Shown: positions 1 to 13,632, numbered from the stretch's first letter. The stretch: DNA of 64,000 nucleotides from Eledone cirrhosa (GCA_964016885.1 OZ024762.1:4650001-4714000); one strand, 5' to 3'. Translations and numbers: made by a program. Notes: generated from the sequence alone by a model not told the origin.

Positions 1-39
1 ATATATGTATATATATACATATATATATGTATATATATA

Positions 40-240
40 GTTTTAATATAGATGAGATTCTACAGGACTAGAACTGTTTCATTCATTAGAAATCATCAGG
101 AATCCTGATGATTTCTAATGAATGAAACAGTTCTAGTCCTGTAGAATCTCATCTATATTAAAACTGTTATACTCTGCTATGTATTGAGTAACCTACCTTA
201 CTTACTGTGGTTACCTCCGATTCAACCCGGAATAACGTAT
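40..240. mobile_element. Penelope-like terminal fragment forming a perfect ~125-bp palindrome with a hammerhead-like core
   Basis: 40-164 is self-complementary around position 102; CTGATGA 105-111 and GAAAC 124-128; flanked by (TA)n; diverged copy at 21076-21240. Confidence 0.6.
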
Positions 241-243
241 ATG

Positions 244-274
<31 letters not shown>

Positions 275-713
275 ATATATATATGTGTGTATATATATAT
301 ATACATATGTATGTATATAAATATATACATATATATGTATGTAAATATATACATATATATGTATGTAAATATATACATATATATGTATGTAAATATATAC
401 ATATATATGTATGTATGTATACATATATATATGTATGTATATATATATACATATATATATATATACATATATATATGTATGTATATATATATATACATAT
501 ATATACATATATATATGTATGTATATATATATATATACATGTATATATACATATATATACACACTTACATATGCACATATATATATATATATATATATAC
601 ATATATATAGAGAGATTGGTATCATCATCTTGAAAAGTTTTCTATATATTTTCCTTCAATTTTTATTGCTAAATATATATATATATGTGCATATATATAC
701 ATATATACAACCT

Positions 714-751
<38 letters not shown>

Positions 752-1066
752 CATATCCATGCATATATATATACACACACATATATATATATATATCCAT
801 GCATATATATATATACACACACACATATATATATATCCATATATATATCCATGCATATATATATACACACACACATATATATATATATATATCCATGCAT
901 ATATATATATACACACACACATATATATACACACACATATATATATACACACACACATATATATATATACACACACATATATATACACACACACACACAT
1001 ATATATACACACACACACACATATATATACACACACACATATATATACACACACACACATATATAT

Positions 1067-1128
<62 letters not shown>

Positions 1129-1132
1129 ATGC

Positions 1133-1176
<44 letters not shown>

Positions 1177-1277
1177 ATATATATATATCCATGCATATAT
1201 ATATATATCCATTCTTATCCATGTGTATATATATATAAACATATAAGGATTCATTCATTCATACATACATACATGCA

Positions 1278-1337
<60 letters not shown>

Positions 1338-1416
1338 AAGTATATAAACAAATAAAAACAAACGATAATAAAAACAAAAACAAAAATATAAACTCAATAA
1401 AAGTATATTTACTCAC

Positions 1417-1524
1417 CCTCTGTATGACCAAAGGTGTCGTGAGATCCTTTCCGCCTTGCAGACGAATTCCCCATGGGGTCGTGAAAGAATCCCTGTACAG
1501 ATTTATCTGTAACTGGGTCATCAT
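1417..1524 (-). CDS. First coding exon of a PDZ-domain protein (PDLIM/Zasp/Enigma-like); gene continues leftward out of the window
   Basis: Translates MMTQLQINLYRDSFTTPWGIRLQGGKDLTTPLVIQR, matching the PWGFRLQGGxDxxxPLxIxRV start of PDZ-LIM family PDZ domains. Ends at a phase-0 donor AGG|GTGAGT (plus-strand ACTCAC 1411-1416). Confidence 0.88.
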
Positions 1525-1983
1525 TCTCCTAACCTTATGTCATATCACAACAAGAAATAAATCTTACTTTTTTTTTTCCTTTTCGGAAAAAAAAAATTTC
1601 AGCTAATTTTCTTGTTTTTTCAGAGGTGACGGCGTAAATAATCGGAATTATTCGGCCATCAAAAAGTTGTCGTCTGGTTTTCTTCAATTTTTTTTTTTTT
1701 TCCTCTTCCAATATTTATTCACGCTTCGTTAGTTGTCTAATTACTTTCGTAATTCAAAATTATTGTTATTATTATCAAATTATTTCTTTTTCTCTCTTAT
1801 AATAATTATTTCGTTATTATTATTAGCAGTAAAAGTAGTATTTGTATATTTATTATTTGTTATTTTGATACGAAGTTTTAGTTGGTACCCTCTCGACGAC
1901 TTTAGCGTGCCGAACTGTCTCCGGCTGGATTCGATTCTAAATTTGCATTCTTGTTCACGTCCTTAATGAGTTGTGTTGCATCG

Positions 1984-1989
1984 AACTGA
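1984..1989 (-). promoter_or_regulatory. Candidate initiator (TCAGTT) for the PDZ gene
   Basis: Minus-strand TCAGTT in a non-repetitive, CpG-containing stretch ~460 bp upstream of the ATG; motif match only. Confidence 0.25.
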
Positions 1990-2279
1990 AAAAATACGAA
2001 AACGAGTCTTGAATAAATAAGTAAATAAGTAAATAAACAGGCAAGCAAAGAATATCTACGGGCTTCACGCTGTTGATACCATTTCATATGGCACACTTAT
2101 ACACACTTATACACACACATACACACAGAGATACTCTCACACATACACACGCTGACGTATACACACACGGCCGCATAGACACACTCCCAACGGAGTACAC
2201 ACGCATATACATACGGGTGCATAGACACGCACGCTCATACACACGTACACACGCACACACTGGCGTATACACACGCATA

Positions 2280-2334
<55 letters not shown>

Positions 2335-3704
2335 ATACATACACAGGCAAATACACATGCACATATACACATATAAAGACATACACACACTGGTACTGGC
2401 GCATACACACGCATATATACACATATAAAGACACACATGCACAGACACTGGCGCATATACACACAGGCATATACAGACACATGCACATACGCACGTGTAA
2501 ATATACACACGGGTGCATGCACACGCATATGCACGTACATACACACACATTCAAATGCTAATGCACTGCTGCAAACACACGCACATATTTACGCATACAG
2601 ACATACACAGTGATGTATACAGACACATACACACGTACATACACACATACATGCATACAAACTTGCGCATATACACCTGTGCATATGTACATATATATAT
2701 GCATGTGTGTATATATATATATACATACACACATATATGTGTGTATGTATATGTTTGTGTGTGTATATATATATGTATATGTGCGTGTATATATATCTTT
2801 ATACAATATGTATATAAACATGTGTGTGTGTGTGTGTGTGTGTGTATACATACACACATATATACATATATGTGTGTGTATATATATATATATACATGCG
2901 CACACACACACACATATATACACATATATATATGTATGTGTGTATGTATACGTTTGTGTGTGTATATATATATATATGTGTGTGTGTATATATATATATG
3001 TGCGTGTATATAGAATTTTATATATACACACACACATTTTTTATACACACACACGTATATAAACATGTGTCTGTGTGTGTGTGTGTAAATGCGTATAAAT
3101 ATGTATAAATGCGTATAAATATGTATAAATGCGTATAAATATGTATAAACATGTATAAATATGTATAAATGTATGTAAATGCGTATAAATATGTATATAT
3201 GTGTGTGTGTGTAAGTGTTTGTCTATATGTGCGTACGTGTGTGAAAGCTTCACAGAGGACTGGCTGTTTGTGGGGGGAGGGGGGTGGCGGTGTGAGGGAT
3301 TTGTTCGCGAACTTTCTACATCTATCTGTACCTAACTAGATTGATGGGAAGAAGAAAGACAGAGAGGAGTGTGAGGAGAGATGGGGATGAGAGAGAGAGG
3401 GGGTGAGATAGTGAGATAGAGGAAGAGAGAGGAAGAGAGAGAGAGGGGCCATGAAAGAGGGGAATAAGAGAGAGAGAGGGGTGAATGAAAAAGAAGTGAG
3501 AGGGAGTGAGAGAAAGGGGTGAGAGAGAGATGCCTATGATATAAAGGAGAGGAGGGGTCGGTAGAGGAGTTACATCTCAGATGAATGAAAACCGAAGGAA
3601 AACAGAGGAAAGTAGTAATAAAAGAACGGATGGGGGGGGGGGATATAGAGGGAGCAGAAGATGGTGGTGATGGTGGTGGTAACGGTGGTGTTGGTGAGAT
3701 ATTC

Positions 3705-4335
3705 AATTTGTTGGTAATTCAACAAATATAAATGTTTATAACTGATTCAGAGCACTCGACAAATTTTCTGGAGTATAATATTCAATGATATTAAATAAAT
3801 AGAAACTATATTTATTAAACCATATTTATTCTATTATATATATTTCAAGGGTACCAAAACTTTGGTACGCACTCGTCAGATAAAATACAAAGTTTGTTTT
3901 ATAAATATTGACATATCCAGGAATGAGACCTTGGCGGTTCAACTTTTACCTGGATAGTGTGCTTCGAATAAGTTATAAATATATATATTTGTTGAATTAC
4001 CAACAAATTAAATACCCCTTTGCTTATATATATATATAAATATATAAATATATATGAGGGGAGGGTGTATTACCAAAACTTTGGTACGCACTCGTCAGAT
4101 AAAATACAAAGTTTGTTTTATAAATTTTGACATAACCAAGAAACGATACCTTAACGGTTCAAGTTTTTCTTGGACCGTTAAGGTATCGTTTCTTGGTTAT
4201 GTCAAAATTTATAAAACAAACTTTGTATTTTATCTGATGAAAGCGTACCAAAGTTTTGGTACCCTTGAAATATATATAATAGAATAAATATGGTTTAATA
4301 AATATAGTTTCTATTTATTTAATATCATTGAATAT
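3705..4335. mobile_element. Penelope-like pseudo-LTR fragments (family B): one reverse copy plus an inverted pair
   Basis: Same ~250-bp AT-rich unit recurs at 16917-17160, 17415-17510, 21556-21710, 33540-33785, 37590-37822 and 37848-38182; contains a hammerhead motif; always adjacent to (TA)n. Confidence 0.7.
4226..4286 (+). ncRNA. Type I hammerhead ribozyme motif (minimal, palindromic stem III)
   Basis: Stem I TATTTTAT / ATAGAATA; CTGATGA 4234-4240; stem II GTACCA..TGGTAC; GAAA 4267-4270; stem III TATATA; UH = TA. Confidence 0.7.
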
Positions 4336-4746
4336 ATATATATATACTGTAGTAAAGGTTTGGTAGAAATATCCAAGTGTAGGAGCACTCAGTTCATAGG
4401 ACGAGTTAAGTATAATTACAACAGTGACATATACAGATACTGAAGTCTCATTCAGCCTGTCATAAAAAAATGAAAATAAATATATATACTGGACTTCCAA
4501 GGCGGTACAAGACCCCTTGGGGCCCGAAGCAGACAAAATATTTTCTCAAAATGGATGTTGCATGGTTGCTGTGGGGCCTTCTTAGCTCTTGGGACCTACA
4601 ACAAAGTACTGGCTGGATCCCCCTCTCATAGGACCGAAAGAAATCGAAAATGCAACTGGAGTCTTTTAAAGAATATTTATTTGTTTCCTTTACTGGTTTC
4701 ACAGATCTTATGCTTTTCAAAAGTAGCATTGAGATGGGGGGTTTGT

Positions 4747-4795
<49 letters not shown>

Positions 4796-5068
4796 AGTAA
4801 ATATCTTTAAGTCGTTTGGAAGCCTCGACAATTCAAATGGGTAAATCTCCGGGTAACAAGATCCGGTGGCGGAGAGAAAGATGTAAGTGGGTGTACGTTG
4901 AGATGCGTGGTGTGTAGAAGATGTGTAGAAGAATGAAGGAAAGAGTATAAAGGATAAAATAAATATAACAACACGAGAGAGAGTTACCTTGGGAGAGATT
5001 TAATTGTCCCTATATATTTCGAAATATATTTACTTATTATTCCACAATGCTTCAAGCAAACTTCAATA

Positions 5069-5130
<62 letters not shown>

Positions 5131-5419
5131 TAAAAGGAAAAGAAAATGCTGACAAATTTTTCCCAGTGAAAAATAGTTTAATTAGGAATAAGTATAAATT
5201 AGTAATAAGTATTGGTTAGTATTCAGTTTTAGTTCTAAGTTTTTACCGGTTGCGCATTTCTAATGCTTTTCAAAAATAATTTTGAGATAGAGCGCCCGTG
5301 ATGTTTGCTCTAATCTGATCAGTTTTGGAAATTCTTCCTGTTTTATGTGAAAAAGGTGGCTCCAGAGGTATTAAGATTTGGTTGGTTGTTGAATGTCACG
5401 TGAATGAGTACTATAAATT

Positions 5420-5810
5420 AACCCAGTACAACCTGCTTCATGGTCGAGTGGTCGGTGGCTATAACCTGCTCCCTCACCAGACCTCGGTCTGGTCAGGTCA
5501 AGCTTCTGTCTGCTACAGGTACCATGTAATCCAGTACAACCTGCTTCATGGTCGAGTGGTTGGCGACTAAACCAGCTCCCCATCCAGACCCTGGTCTGGT
5601 GAGGAGGGTATGTGGAACCCCAGTAGCACAAAAAACTAGAGCTGTTAAAGGGACAGACGAACTCATCAGAGTCAACAGCCACCCACCACATCTATGGCTT
5701 AAATAGTCTCCCCAACTCGCAATTGGTCTAACGTGGTGAGTACGGCTACGCCCCTAACATGACGAAAACCTAACAGAAAGCGGTGGAGGGGGTTCCTCCA
5801 ACATGAGTCA
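5420..5810 (+). mobile_element. Interspersed repeat, probably the 5' region of an RTE-type LINE, with an internal duplication
   Basis: CCAGTACAACCTGCTTCATGGTCGAGTGG occurs twice; a related copy with tandem GGTACCATGTGACCCAG units lies at 16570-16780. Confidence 0.4.
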
Positions 5811-6193
5811 CAAGGCCCTGCATCGGATTAGACTGGCTGTTTTAGTAAAACCATTTAAAATCTTTTCGAAATGGTTTAAAAACCATAAGTTGAGTGTTTC
5901 AGTAGAAATAGGGTTAGAAAAGAATTCAGTTAATGGAGCGAATGATGGGCGAACAGACAAGGTTGCTGACAGTAATGATGTGGTGAAGGGTGGATTTGGG
6001 GGAGATACGGCTGATGATGACGATGATGGTGGTAGTGATGATGGTAGTGATGATGATTGTGGTACTAGAGGTGGTTACTACTACATAAATATGTGAATGA
6101 AATGACTGAATGAGTTAACTGTAGTGATGATGGCGATGGTGATGGTGTGTAACCAAGCCTTTCGTTTACACACACACTAACAAACACACACAC

Positions 6194-6227
<34 letters not shown>

Positions 6228-6229
<2 letters not shown>

Positions 6230-6340
6230 AAAACGTATGACCCCGACGGCAGAGCTCAAGCCGTTTCGACGGCTATTCTGAGTCCAGAAATAGCCGTCGA
6301 AACGGCTTGAGCTCTGCCGCCGGGGTCATAATTTTTCCTA
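6228..6340. mobile_element. Inverted pair of a Penelope-like fragment retaining the 3' half of a hammerhead (GAAACGGC...GCCGTC)
   Basis: ATGACCCCGACGGCAGAGCTCAAGCCGTTTCGACGGCTATT is followed by its reverse complement; single copy at 43905-43950. Confidence 0.5.
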
Positions 6341-6441
6341 TTACCCACTCTACTACCCTAAGTATTGAGTACTCTGGTGCGTTATGGTCCATCTGGTTCC
6401 TTACCACACTTCCTTCGTTATATACATGCATATATATATAT

Positions 6442-6473
<32 letters not shown>

Positions 6474-7135
6474 GTGTATATATAATCTGAGTTTTTCGAA
6501 TATTAATAATTGTTTCTACTTTTGGCACAAGGCCAGCAATTATCCAGTGTATTACTGGTACTTTATTTTATCGACCCCCTTAAGGATGAAAGGCAAAGTT
6601 AACCTCGGCGGGATTTGAACTCAGACCGTCGATTCGTTTGCAATTATGCAAACAAGCCTCATTTTTAAAGCCATGTCAGTAGAATGAACACTTCATTCTT
6701 ACTCTTGTGTTGGCATACTCTAGGGTCTCGTATACATGCTCCCTGCGCTTATGGTAATGGTGATAGTGGCGGGGTGGTGGTGGTGGTGGTGGTGGTGGTA
6801 ATGGTGGTAGTGGCGATGACGGTGGTGGTTAAGGTGGTGGTGGAAGTAATGGTGGTAGTGGCGGTGGTAGTAATGATGGTGGCGACGGCGGTGGTGGTTG
6901 TGGTTGTGGTGGTGGAAGCGGGGTTGTGGTGGTGGTGGTGGTTAAGGTGGTGGTGGAGGTAATGGTGGTAGGGGCAGTAGTGGTAATGATGGTGAGGGGG
7001 GGACTGGATTGCCAGAGAGGAACTATTGGAAGAAACTGCAGACTTTCTGCTAAAAGTCGGTCAGTTCTGATTCTTTGCCAAAATCTGAAGGGCAATAGAT
7101 TCCTAGCAACACAACGGTGGAATTGGTATTCTACT

Positions 7136-7382
7136 CTCTCTCTCCCTACTGTCTCACTCTCTACTCTCCCTCTTTCTCACTCTACTGTCTCACTCTCTCT
7201 CCCTCTACTGTCTCACTCTCTACTCTCCCTCTCTCTACTGTCTCACTCTCTACTCTCTCTCTCTCTACTGTCTCACTCTCTCGCCCTCTCTACTGTCTCA
7301 CTCTCTATCTCTCTCTCTCTTTCTCCTGTCTCATTCTCTCACTCTCTACTGTCTCACTCTCTCTCTCTATCTACACTGTCTC
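7136..7382. repeat. CT-rich minisatellite (CTCTCTACTGTCTCACT core)
   Basis: Repeated TCTACTGTCTCACTCTC units visible directly. Confidence 0.85.
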
Positions 7383-7471
7383 TGTCAGTATATTAAGTAT
7401 GGAATTGTATATGGCATATACACATACCAATATATATGGTGTGTGTGTGTATATATATATATATGTATATA

Positions 7472-7524
<53 letters not shown>

Positions 7525-7579
7525 GTGTGTATGTATGTGCGTGTGAGGAGTAGAAAAATATCAAGAAGGAGAAAGACCT

Positions 7580-7631
<52 letters not shown>

Positions 7632-7649
7632 AAGCTAATAATTATTTAA

Positions 7650-7865
7650 TTGTTTCTACTTTAAGCACAAGGCCAGCAATTACCCCAGTGCATTACTGGT
7701 ACTTTATTTTATCGACCCCGTAAGGATGAAAAGCAAAGTCAACCTCGGCGGGATTTGAACTCAGATCGAAAAGGGACGTAACTATGCTGGGAAGCATGGC
7801 GTACGGACCCTGCTTTCCAGCATAGTTACGTCCCTTTACGATCTGAGTTCAAATCCCGCCGAGGT
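7650..7865 (-). mobile_element. tRNA-derived SINE (family S1) with a 5' inverted segment
   Basis: Reverse SINE 7650-7810 is followed directly by the forward fragment TGCTTTCCAGCATAG...CCCGCCGAGGT. Confidence 0.8.
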
Positions 7866-8326
7866 ATAATAATATCTAATATGGTCTGGACACACGATAA
7901 TTCATTTGCTACCATTGGTTTCGTGTGCTCACAAACCTGCCTGAAGTTACAACCAGCATCCATGGTTCTAAGCTATGGACGTTAGTTGTAACTTCAGGCG
8001 AATGTGCATAAAAAGGGCCGAGCGAAAACATTAAATAATTGTTTCAACATTTGGCAGATAGACCAGTCAGTCTCATGTATACAAGCGATTAATGGCCGGC
8101 TTCGCCATATTCAAATAACTAACAAATAGTTAATCGTTCTATATATATACACAGGGTATCCCAAAAATGAATACACACTTAAACAGCATTCTAACAAATA
8201 TGTGTAAACATATTTTGGGGACAGCCTTGACTTAATACCAGCGATCTTCGTTAATTCTATTATATATATATATAATATATATAAGAGAGTATTGAAGTTT
8301 GCTTGAAGCATTGTGGAACAATAAGT

Positions 8327-8502
8327 AAATATCTTTAAGTCGTTTGGAAGCCTCGACAATGCAAATGGGTAAATCTCACACATCTTATACACACCACGCA
8401 TCTCAACGTACACCCACTTACATCTCTCTCTCCACCACCGGACCTTGTTACCCGGAGATTTACCCATTTGCATTGTCGAGGCTTCCAAACGACTTAAAGA
8501 TA
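8327..8502. mobile_element. Repeat fragment with ~47-bp inverted ends; related copy at 4797-4925
   Basis: ATCTTTAAGTCGTTTGGAAGCCTCGACAATGCAAATGGGTAAATCTC and its reverse complement bound the block next to (TA)n. Confidence 0.6.
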
Positions 8503-8503
8503 T

Positions 8504-8545
<42 letters not shown>

Positions 8546-8627
8546 AAACTTGGACGAGAACAAAAACAGAGAGGCAGACAAATAATAAAGGTTTATTAGG
8601 TTCACGCTCTTGAGAGTGAGGGGAAAT

Positions 8628-8660
8628 GACGTTTCGAGCATAAGCCCTTCTTCGGGAGAA
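8628..8660 (-). ncRNA. Penelope-type minimal hammerhead motif (degenerate core)
   Basis: Minus strand reads CCGAAGA-AGGGCTTATGCTC-GAAACGTC, the typical Penelope pLTR pattern with one core change (CTGA to CCGA). Confidence 0.5.
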
Positions 8661-9129
8661 AATTGGGTAGGAAGAGAGTTCCGAGGTTGTGTAGAGGAGG
8701 GGTGGAAAGACATTTAGAAAATAAGGGGGAAAGAGAACAAATAAAAAATAAAATGAACAAGTGGTGGAAGGGTGTGAGGCGTGTAAGGGTGGTGGCGGGT
8801 GGAGTTGGGAGAGGGAGGCGGGTGGTCGAATCGGGAAAGGCTGAAGGTGGTGTTTGTGTATGTGTGTAGGTGTACGTGTGTGTGTGCGTGCGTGTGTATA
8901 TGAGAGTTGGGGGAAGAACGAGGTTCCATGTTCAGGAAAAGGTGTGTGTGCGTGGGGTGGGGTGTAAGTCGGTGCGTGCGGGCGTGTGGAAGGAGAGGGG
9001 TCAGGGGGCGTGTGGATTCCGGAGGCTATATATATAGAGAGAGAGAGAGAGACGGAGAGAGGCATACAGACAGACTGATAGACAGGCAGGCAGATAGCTA
9101 GACTGACATGTAGTTAGATAGATATACAT

Positions 9130-9315
9130 GTGGATTGGCAGTATCGATAGAGGGTCGGACGCCATGCTTTGAAGCATAGAGTTACCTCCCTTTATGATCT
9201 GAGTTCAAATCCCGCCGAGGTTAACTTTGCCTTTCATCCTTACGGAGTCAATAAAATAAAGTACCAGTAATGTACTGGGATAATTGCTGGCCTTGTGCCA
9301 AACGTAGAAACAATT
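9130..9315 (+). mobile_element. tRNA-derived SINE family S1
   Basis: A-box TGGCAGTATCG, B-box GAGTTCAAATCC, central CTTTGCCTTTCATCCTTACGG..ATAAAATAAAGTACCAG (resembles the Meta-type SINE domain, from memory), tail GGCCTTGTGCCAAA.GTAGAAACAATTA. Confidence 0.85.
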
Positions 9316-9861
9316 ATATTATCAGGTAACAACCACTTTATTATAAATTTGGTTGGAAAGAGGTAATTTGATATATTCCTCTCTCTGTCTATATGTATAT
9401 ATGTGTGCGTGTGTGTGTGTGTGCGTGCCTCACACACACACACACACACATTTGACAAGGCATATCCACCTTTTAGATTGTCAGTAGTTTAACAACAGTT
9501 ATTTATTTCTACCTACATCTCCATTTATCTTCGAACAATAAAATCTCTCTCTCTCTCGTTATCAAGGAATTATTAGATTAGGCGTTTTATGCTTCCAACT
9601 CCATCATTTGTGACGGGTACTATGCTAGTATATATATATATATATATATATCATAAAACGCAAATATCAAGTGACAACCATTTTGTGCGAGAATGGTTGG
9701 GGGTGGGGAAGTGGTAATTTGATATCTTCTACCCTTTCTATCCATCTATCTCTCTCCCTGCTTATCTCCCTATCCGTATATCTATGTTGATCTAGTTATT
9801 TGTCTCTCTATCTAATCTATATTCTCTCTCTCTCTATCTATCCATCTATCTAGGAAGAGCG

Positions 9862-10072
9862 GAAGGGAGTACTCACTCTTGGTGCTCCTGGAGATGAGGG
9901 TTGTACATTTTTTCGGGGTGTGTACAACCCCTGTGTAACACCTCCCCCCCCCTCCCCTCTATTGGGGATTTCAATTGTTATTTGTTATTGTATTAATAGT
10001 TTTATTTTCATATACCTGTATGTAAACTCCCCATTTGTATTTGTCCCCTTCTTTTGTGGTTAATAAAGAAAT
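9862..10072 (+). mobile_element. LINE-like 3' end fragment; reverse copy at 17525-17720
   Basis: Shared CTCCTGGAGATGAGGGTTG...TTTGTCCCCTTCTTTTGTG..TAATAAAGAAA between the two loci. Confidence 0.55.
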
Positions 10073-10088
10073 GTATCTATCTATCTCA

Positions 10089-11683
10089 CAGTGGCGGCTC
10101 GTGGCTAAAATTAGTGGGGTTGCTGCTTCAGAAATGTTTAGCCATAGTTTTAATATTTTGTAAAACGAAACAAAGATATGAAATTAAAATTTATACATAA
10201 ACTTGATAAAATCCTAAACGAAAAAATTACTTTTTACTTAAATATATTCTTCTTGTTTTACTTTGAACGAAAAGGTTAATAATTTTCTCATTGATCCCTT
10301 GAGGAAATATTTCTCCATTGCAAGCACTGCAAGTACATTTAGTCTTTCGGGATTCATGGTGCTCCTTAGAAACATTTTTTTATTCTTTTCAGTGTTGAAA
10401 AACGGTATTCTGTCTCTGATGTATTCATGAGAATTGTCAAGAGGATTTTTTATCAGTTTCGTAATTTCACTAAGAACACAATCTAGATTATTCTACAAGC
10501 TAAATTTCAGCAATATTCCTGCATGTCGGATCTACAATAGAATACTTTTAGTTCAGTTTCAAGCTTTTCTTTGTCAATCATGGCATATGCTTCAGTGGTC
10601 AGTATGATATTTTCTCTAGGCAGTTCATTCTTAAAACTAGTGAAGTTTTTCTTGTCGAACAATTTAGTAACTACTAAGTGTTTAGTGGAAGAATATCTGT
10701 CCATTATATCAACAGATATGCAGTCACACATTTCCTTTGCTTCCACCATGAGTGTATTTGAAGGATTCTCACAGTACTTCGAGTTTCTTATTTCTAAAAT
10801 AGCAGTTTTAAAATCTGTTATATATTCATTGATTTTAAACACGCTAATTTCTCGAGGTTGTATTTGGGTGTAAATTACAGCAACATACATAAGGCATAAT
10901 CTGATAAAAAAAAAAAAAAGCTCTAACCAAAATATAAAATTCTATCATTCAGGTATTTTAAAATTCATGTTGCTTCTGCAACGGTTTGATCTGCATTCGA
11001 TGTTCACTGAATTTCAGTAAGACAGCTTTTTAAAGGTTGTAAATTTTCATGAACTCACAGTCCGTATGTTAAAGTTTCATCTTGCAGAGGATGGACATGG
11101 AATGCTGACGTCCATATGTTTCTTGAGAATGGATACACGTTGTGGTGTTCTTAAGACAAATGTTGGAATAGCCAAAATGTTAGAGAAAAATATTCTTGCG
11201 CTCCGTGTAACACTTGCTGTATAAAATTTCACGATTCTTTTTAAACTTCATGTTATGCTCATTGATTGAAAGTCTGTCTACCTCACTAAAACAATAAATT
11301 AAATAGAATAGCTGGAAGCATGATAATCATTGACAGTTTATCACATTCAAGAATATGGTAGACGGTTTTTAAACACAACACACACTGAGTCAATAATAAA
11401 CATTACCTTACACTCAGACAACACGGTCGGCATTGCGTGAGCTCTCTCTAACCAGCGTTCAACTTCCTTCCTCGGACATGTGCGCATGTGCACAACAGCC
11501 AAACACCGCATACAATTCCATAGAAGGATTTTTGTAATTTTTCATGAACGAGGATTATATAAAGTACAAGTATAAAGAATTAAAGAAAAAAAAAAAGAGT
11601 TGTTATATTGAATGTTATCGATAATATCGAGTGGAAATAGAGGGCGCTACAGTTCCGCAGTGACTATACATAGGCCGCCACTG
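10089..11683 (-). mobile_element. Internally deleted, decayed hAT DNA transposon
   Basis: TIRs CAGTGGCGGC / GCCGCCACTG; 8-bp flanks CTATCTCA vs ATCTCTCA (6/8, degenerate TSD). Minus-strand remnants include FSTLKRIK..FLRSTMNPERLNVLAVLAMEK (hAT dimerisation domain, ~10310-10400), the 10507-10890 ORF, and PSSAR*NFN (RW motif disrupted). Confidence 0.88.
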
Positions 11684-11750
11684 ATCTCTCACCCCCATTT
11701 CTCTCACTATCTATCTAATCTATCCTCTCTCTCTCTCACACTCACCCCTT

Positions 11751-11790
<40 letters not shown>

Positions 11791-12065
11791 ATCTATCCGC
11801 CCCCTCCCCCCTCTCTCTATCTATCTATCTCCCTCTCTCTATCTATCTATCTATCTCCCTCTATATATATATATATAACTCTCCGACTCAAAAACTTCAA
11901 GCTTAACGCAGAAACAAATGGTCTGATTCTAAGTGTATATTTTGTGTTATGTGTATATACCCAATATCTCATGTTATGTGTATATATCCAATATTTCATG
12001 GTATATATCTCATATATTGAAGTATATATATACTGTAACATATGAGATATATACCATGTAATATT

Positions 12066-12109
<44 letters not shown>

Positions 12110-12994
12110 GAATAAACAAGAGAGATGAACACTAATATAAACATACATGTGTTCGAATCGTAAGGACCAAAATTTGCTAGGGTGAAAAAATACTAACTAC
12201 AGCAATATAGTTTGTTATCCTTAACTTTAAATATTAAATTAAGAAAAATAAAGAAAAATAACAGACCTATATTGGGCAAACCGCCTGGTAACAACTAGAC
12301 AGTGTTGGAGACTGTTTCGCAACGACTTATTAAGTGAAGTTCTCACGTTTCTCTGCTCCTCAGTAGTTGTTGAGAAATTAGTGATCCTTTCACTTCTAAA
12401 AATATTAGAGAATGAATTGTGCCCGATATGAATTATCTCACGTGTTATTCGGAACCCAGCTTGTCTCGAAATTCCCTGCCGCCAAAAATAGCAGCCTGGC
12501 TCACAGGACAATAAAAATTAGCTCTACATGAAGGAGCCGACAAATATATTGTACGGTTCGGAAAAGTATTTTCCCATTATGCGCCATTTTGGCGGCTTAA
12601 AATTACAGACAAGCACACAATCACAGAGTTTTAGTAGTATATAGTTAGATACCACTTATTTGATTGTATATCTCATACATTACATTATATCCTTCTGTTC
12701 GCGGTTCCAACCAAAGTTACGGCGCCATTGCAATCAGAGAGCAACTATCTGGGTATGTTCTGATCAGAAACATTGTTTATTTACCTGTTTCAAATGTACG
12801 TACCGCCCTTATCACACTGGCTGATTATATTTCACAGGTGCAACACACCTTGATTGCTTCGTGTACATAGGCACACATACATACCTACATATATACAGAT
12901 ATACATATTATATATATATGTGTGTGTATGCCTATATATACATACATATATTTATATACATATATATATAAATGTATATAAATATATATATATT

Positions 12995-13067
<73 letters not shown>

Positions 13068-13245
13068 ATATGTATATATATATATGTATATATATAAATA
13101 TAAATTCAGTGAGAATTGCATTTCGGCGGATAGAAAAACGAATATATATATATATACACACAGATACATCTGCATATATAATATATATAAGTGTGCGTGT
13201 TTGTGTGTATAAGAAAGTGTGTGTTTAGATATATATACAGACATG

Positions 13246-13304
<59 letters not shown>

Positions 13305-13312
<8 letters not shown>

Positions 13313-13565
13313 AAGAAGAAATTAAAAGCTGGTTAAAAGAGTTCCATATATTTTATTATGCGCATTTCGAATACAAAATCATCCTGGAACAAAAATTGTG
13401 TTCTCATCAGATAAAATAGGGTAACATGATATGAGAGGCATAATAGCACTTGTTTATAGGAAAGTGCTAAGTCTACATATGACAGAAATATAAGTGTTAA
13501 AACTGTTGAGTGCTACTTATCTGATATATGCATAGTTTTATTGTTCTTCAATATTACTCACCTTC

Positions 13566-13570
<5 letters not shown>
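13305..13570 (-). mobile_element. Penelope-like fragment (family B2) with hammerhead motif
   Basis: Minus strand TTTTAT-CTGATGA (13410-13404)...GAAA-TGCGCA-TA-ATAAAA; same family as 18816-19143. Confidence 0.65.

Positions 13571-13632
<62 letters not shown>

Noticed and set aside
167-1338. Long YI/HT/VC-rich ORFs here and throughout the ORF track
   Set aside because: Stop-free translations of (TA)n, (CA)n, (TACA)n, (GGT)n and (AAT)n microsatellites, open in several frames at once.
12239-12511. 90-aa minus-strand ORF
   Set aside because: Non-ATG start, no recognisable domain, no clear acceptor; the nearby ATGGCG frame stops after 28 codons.
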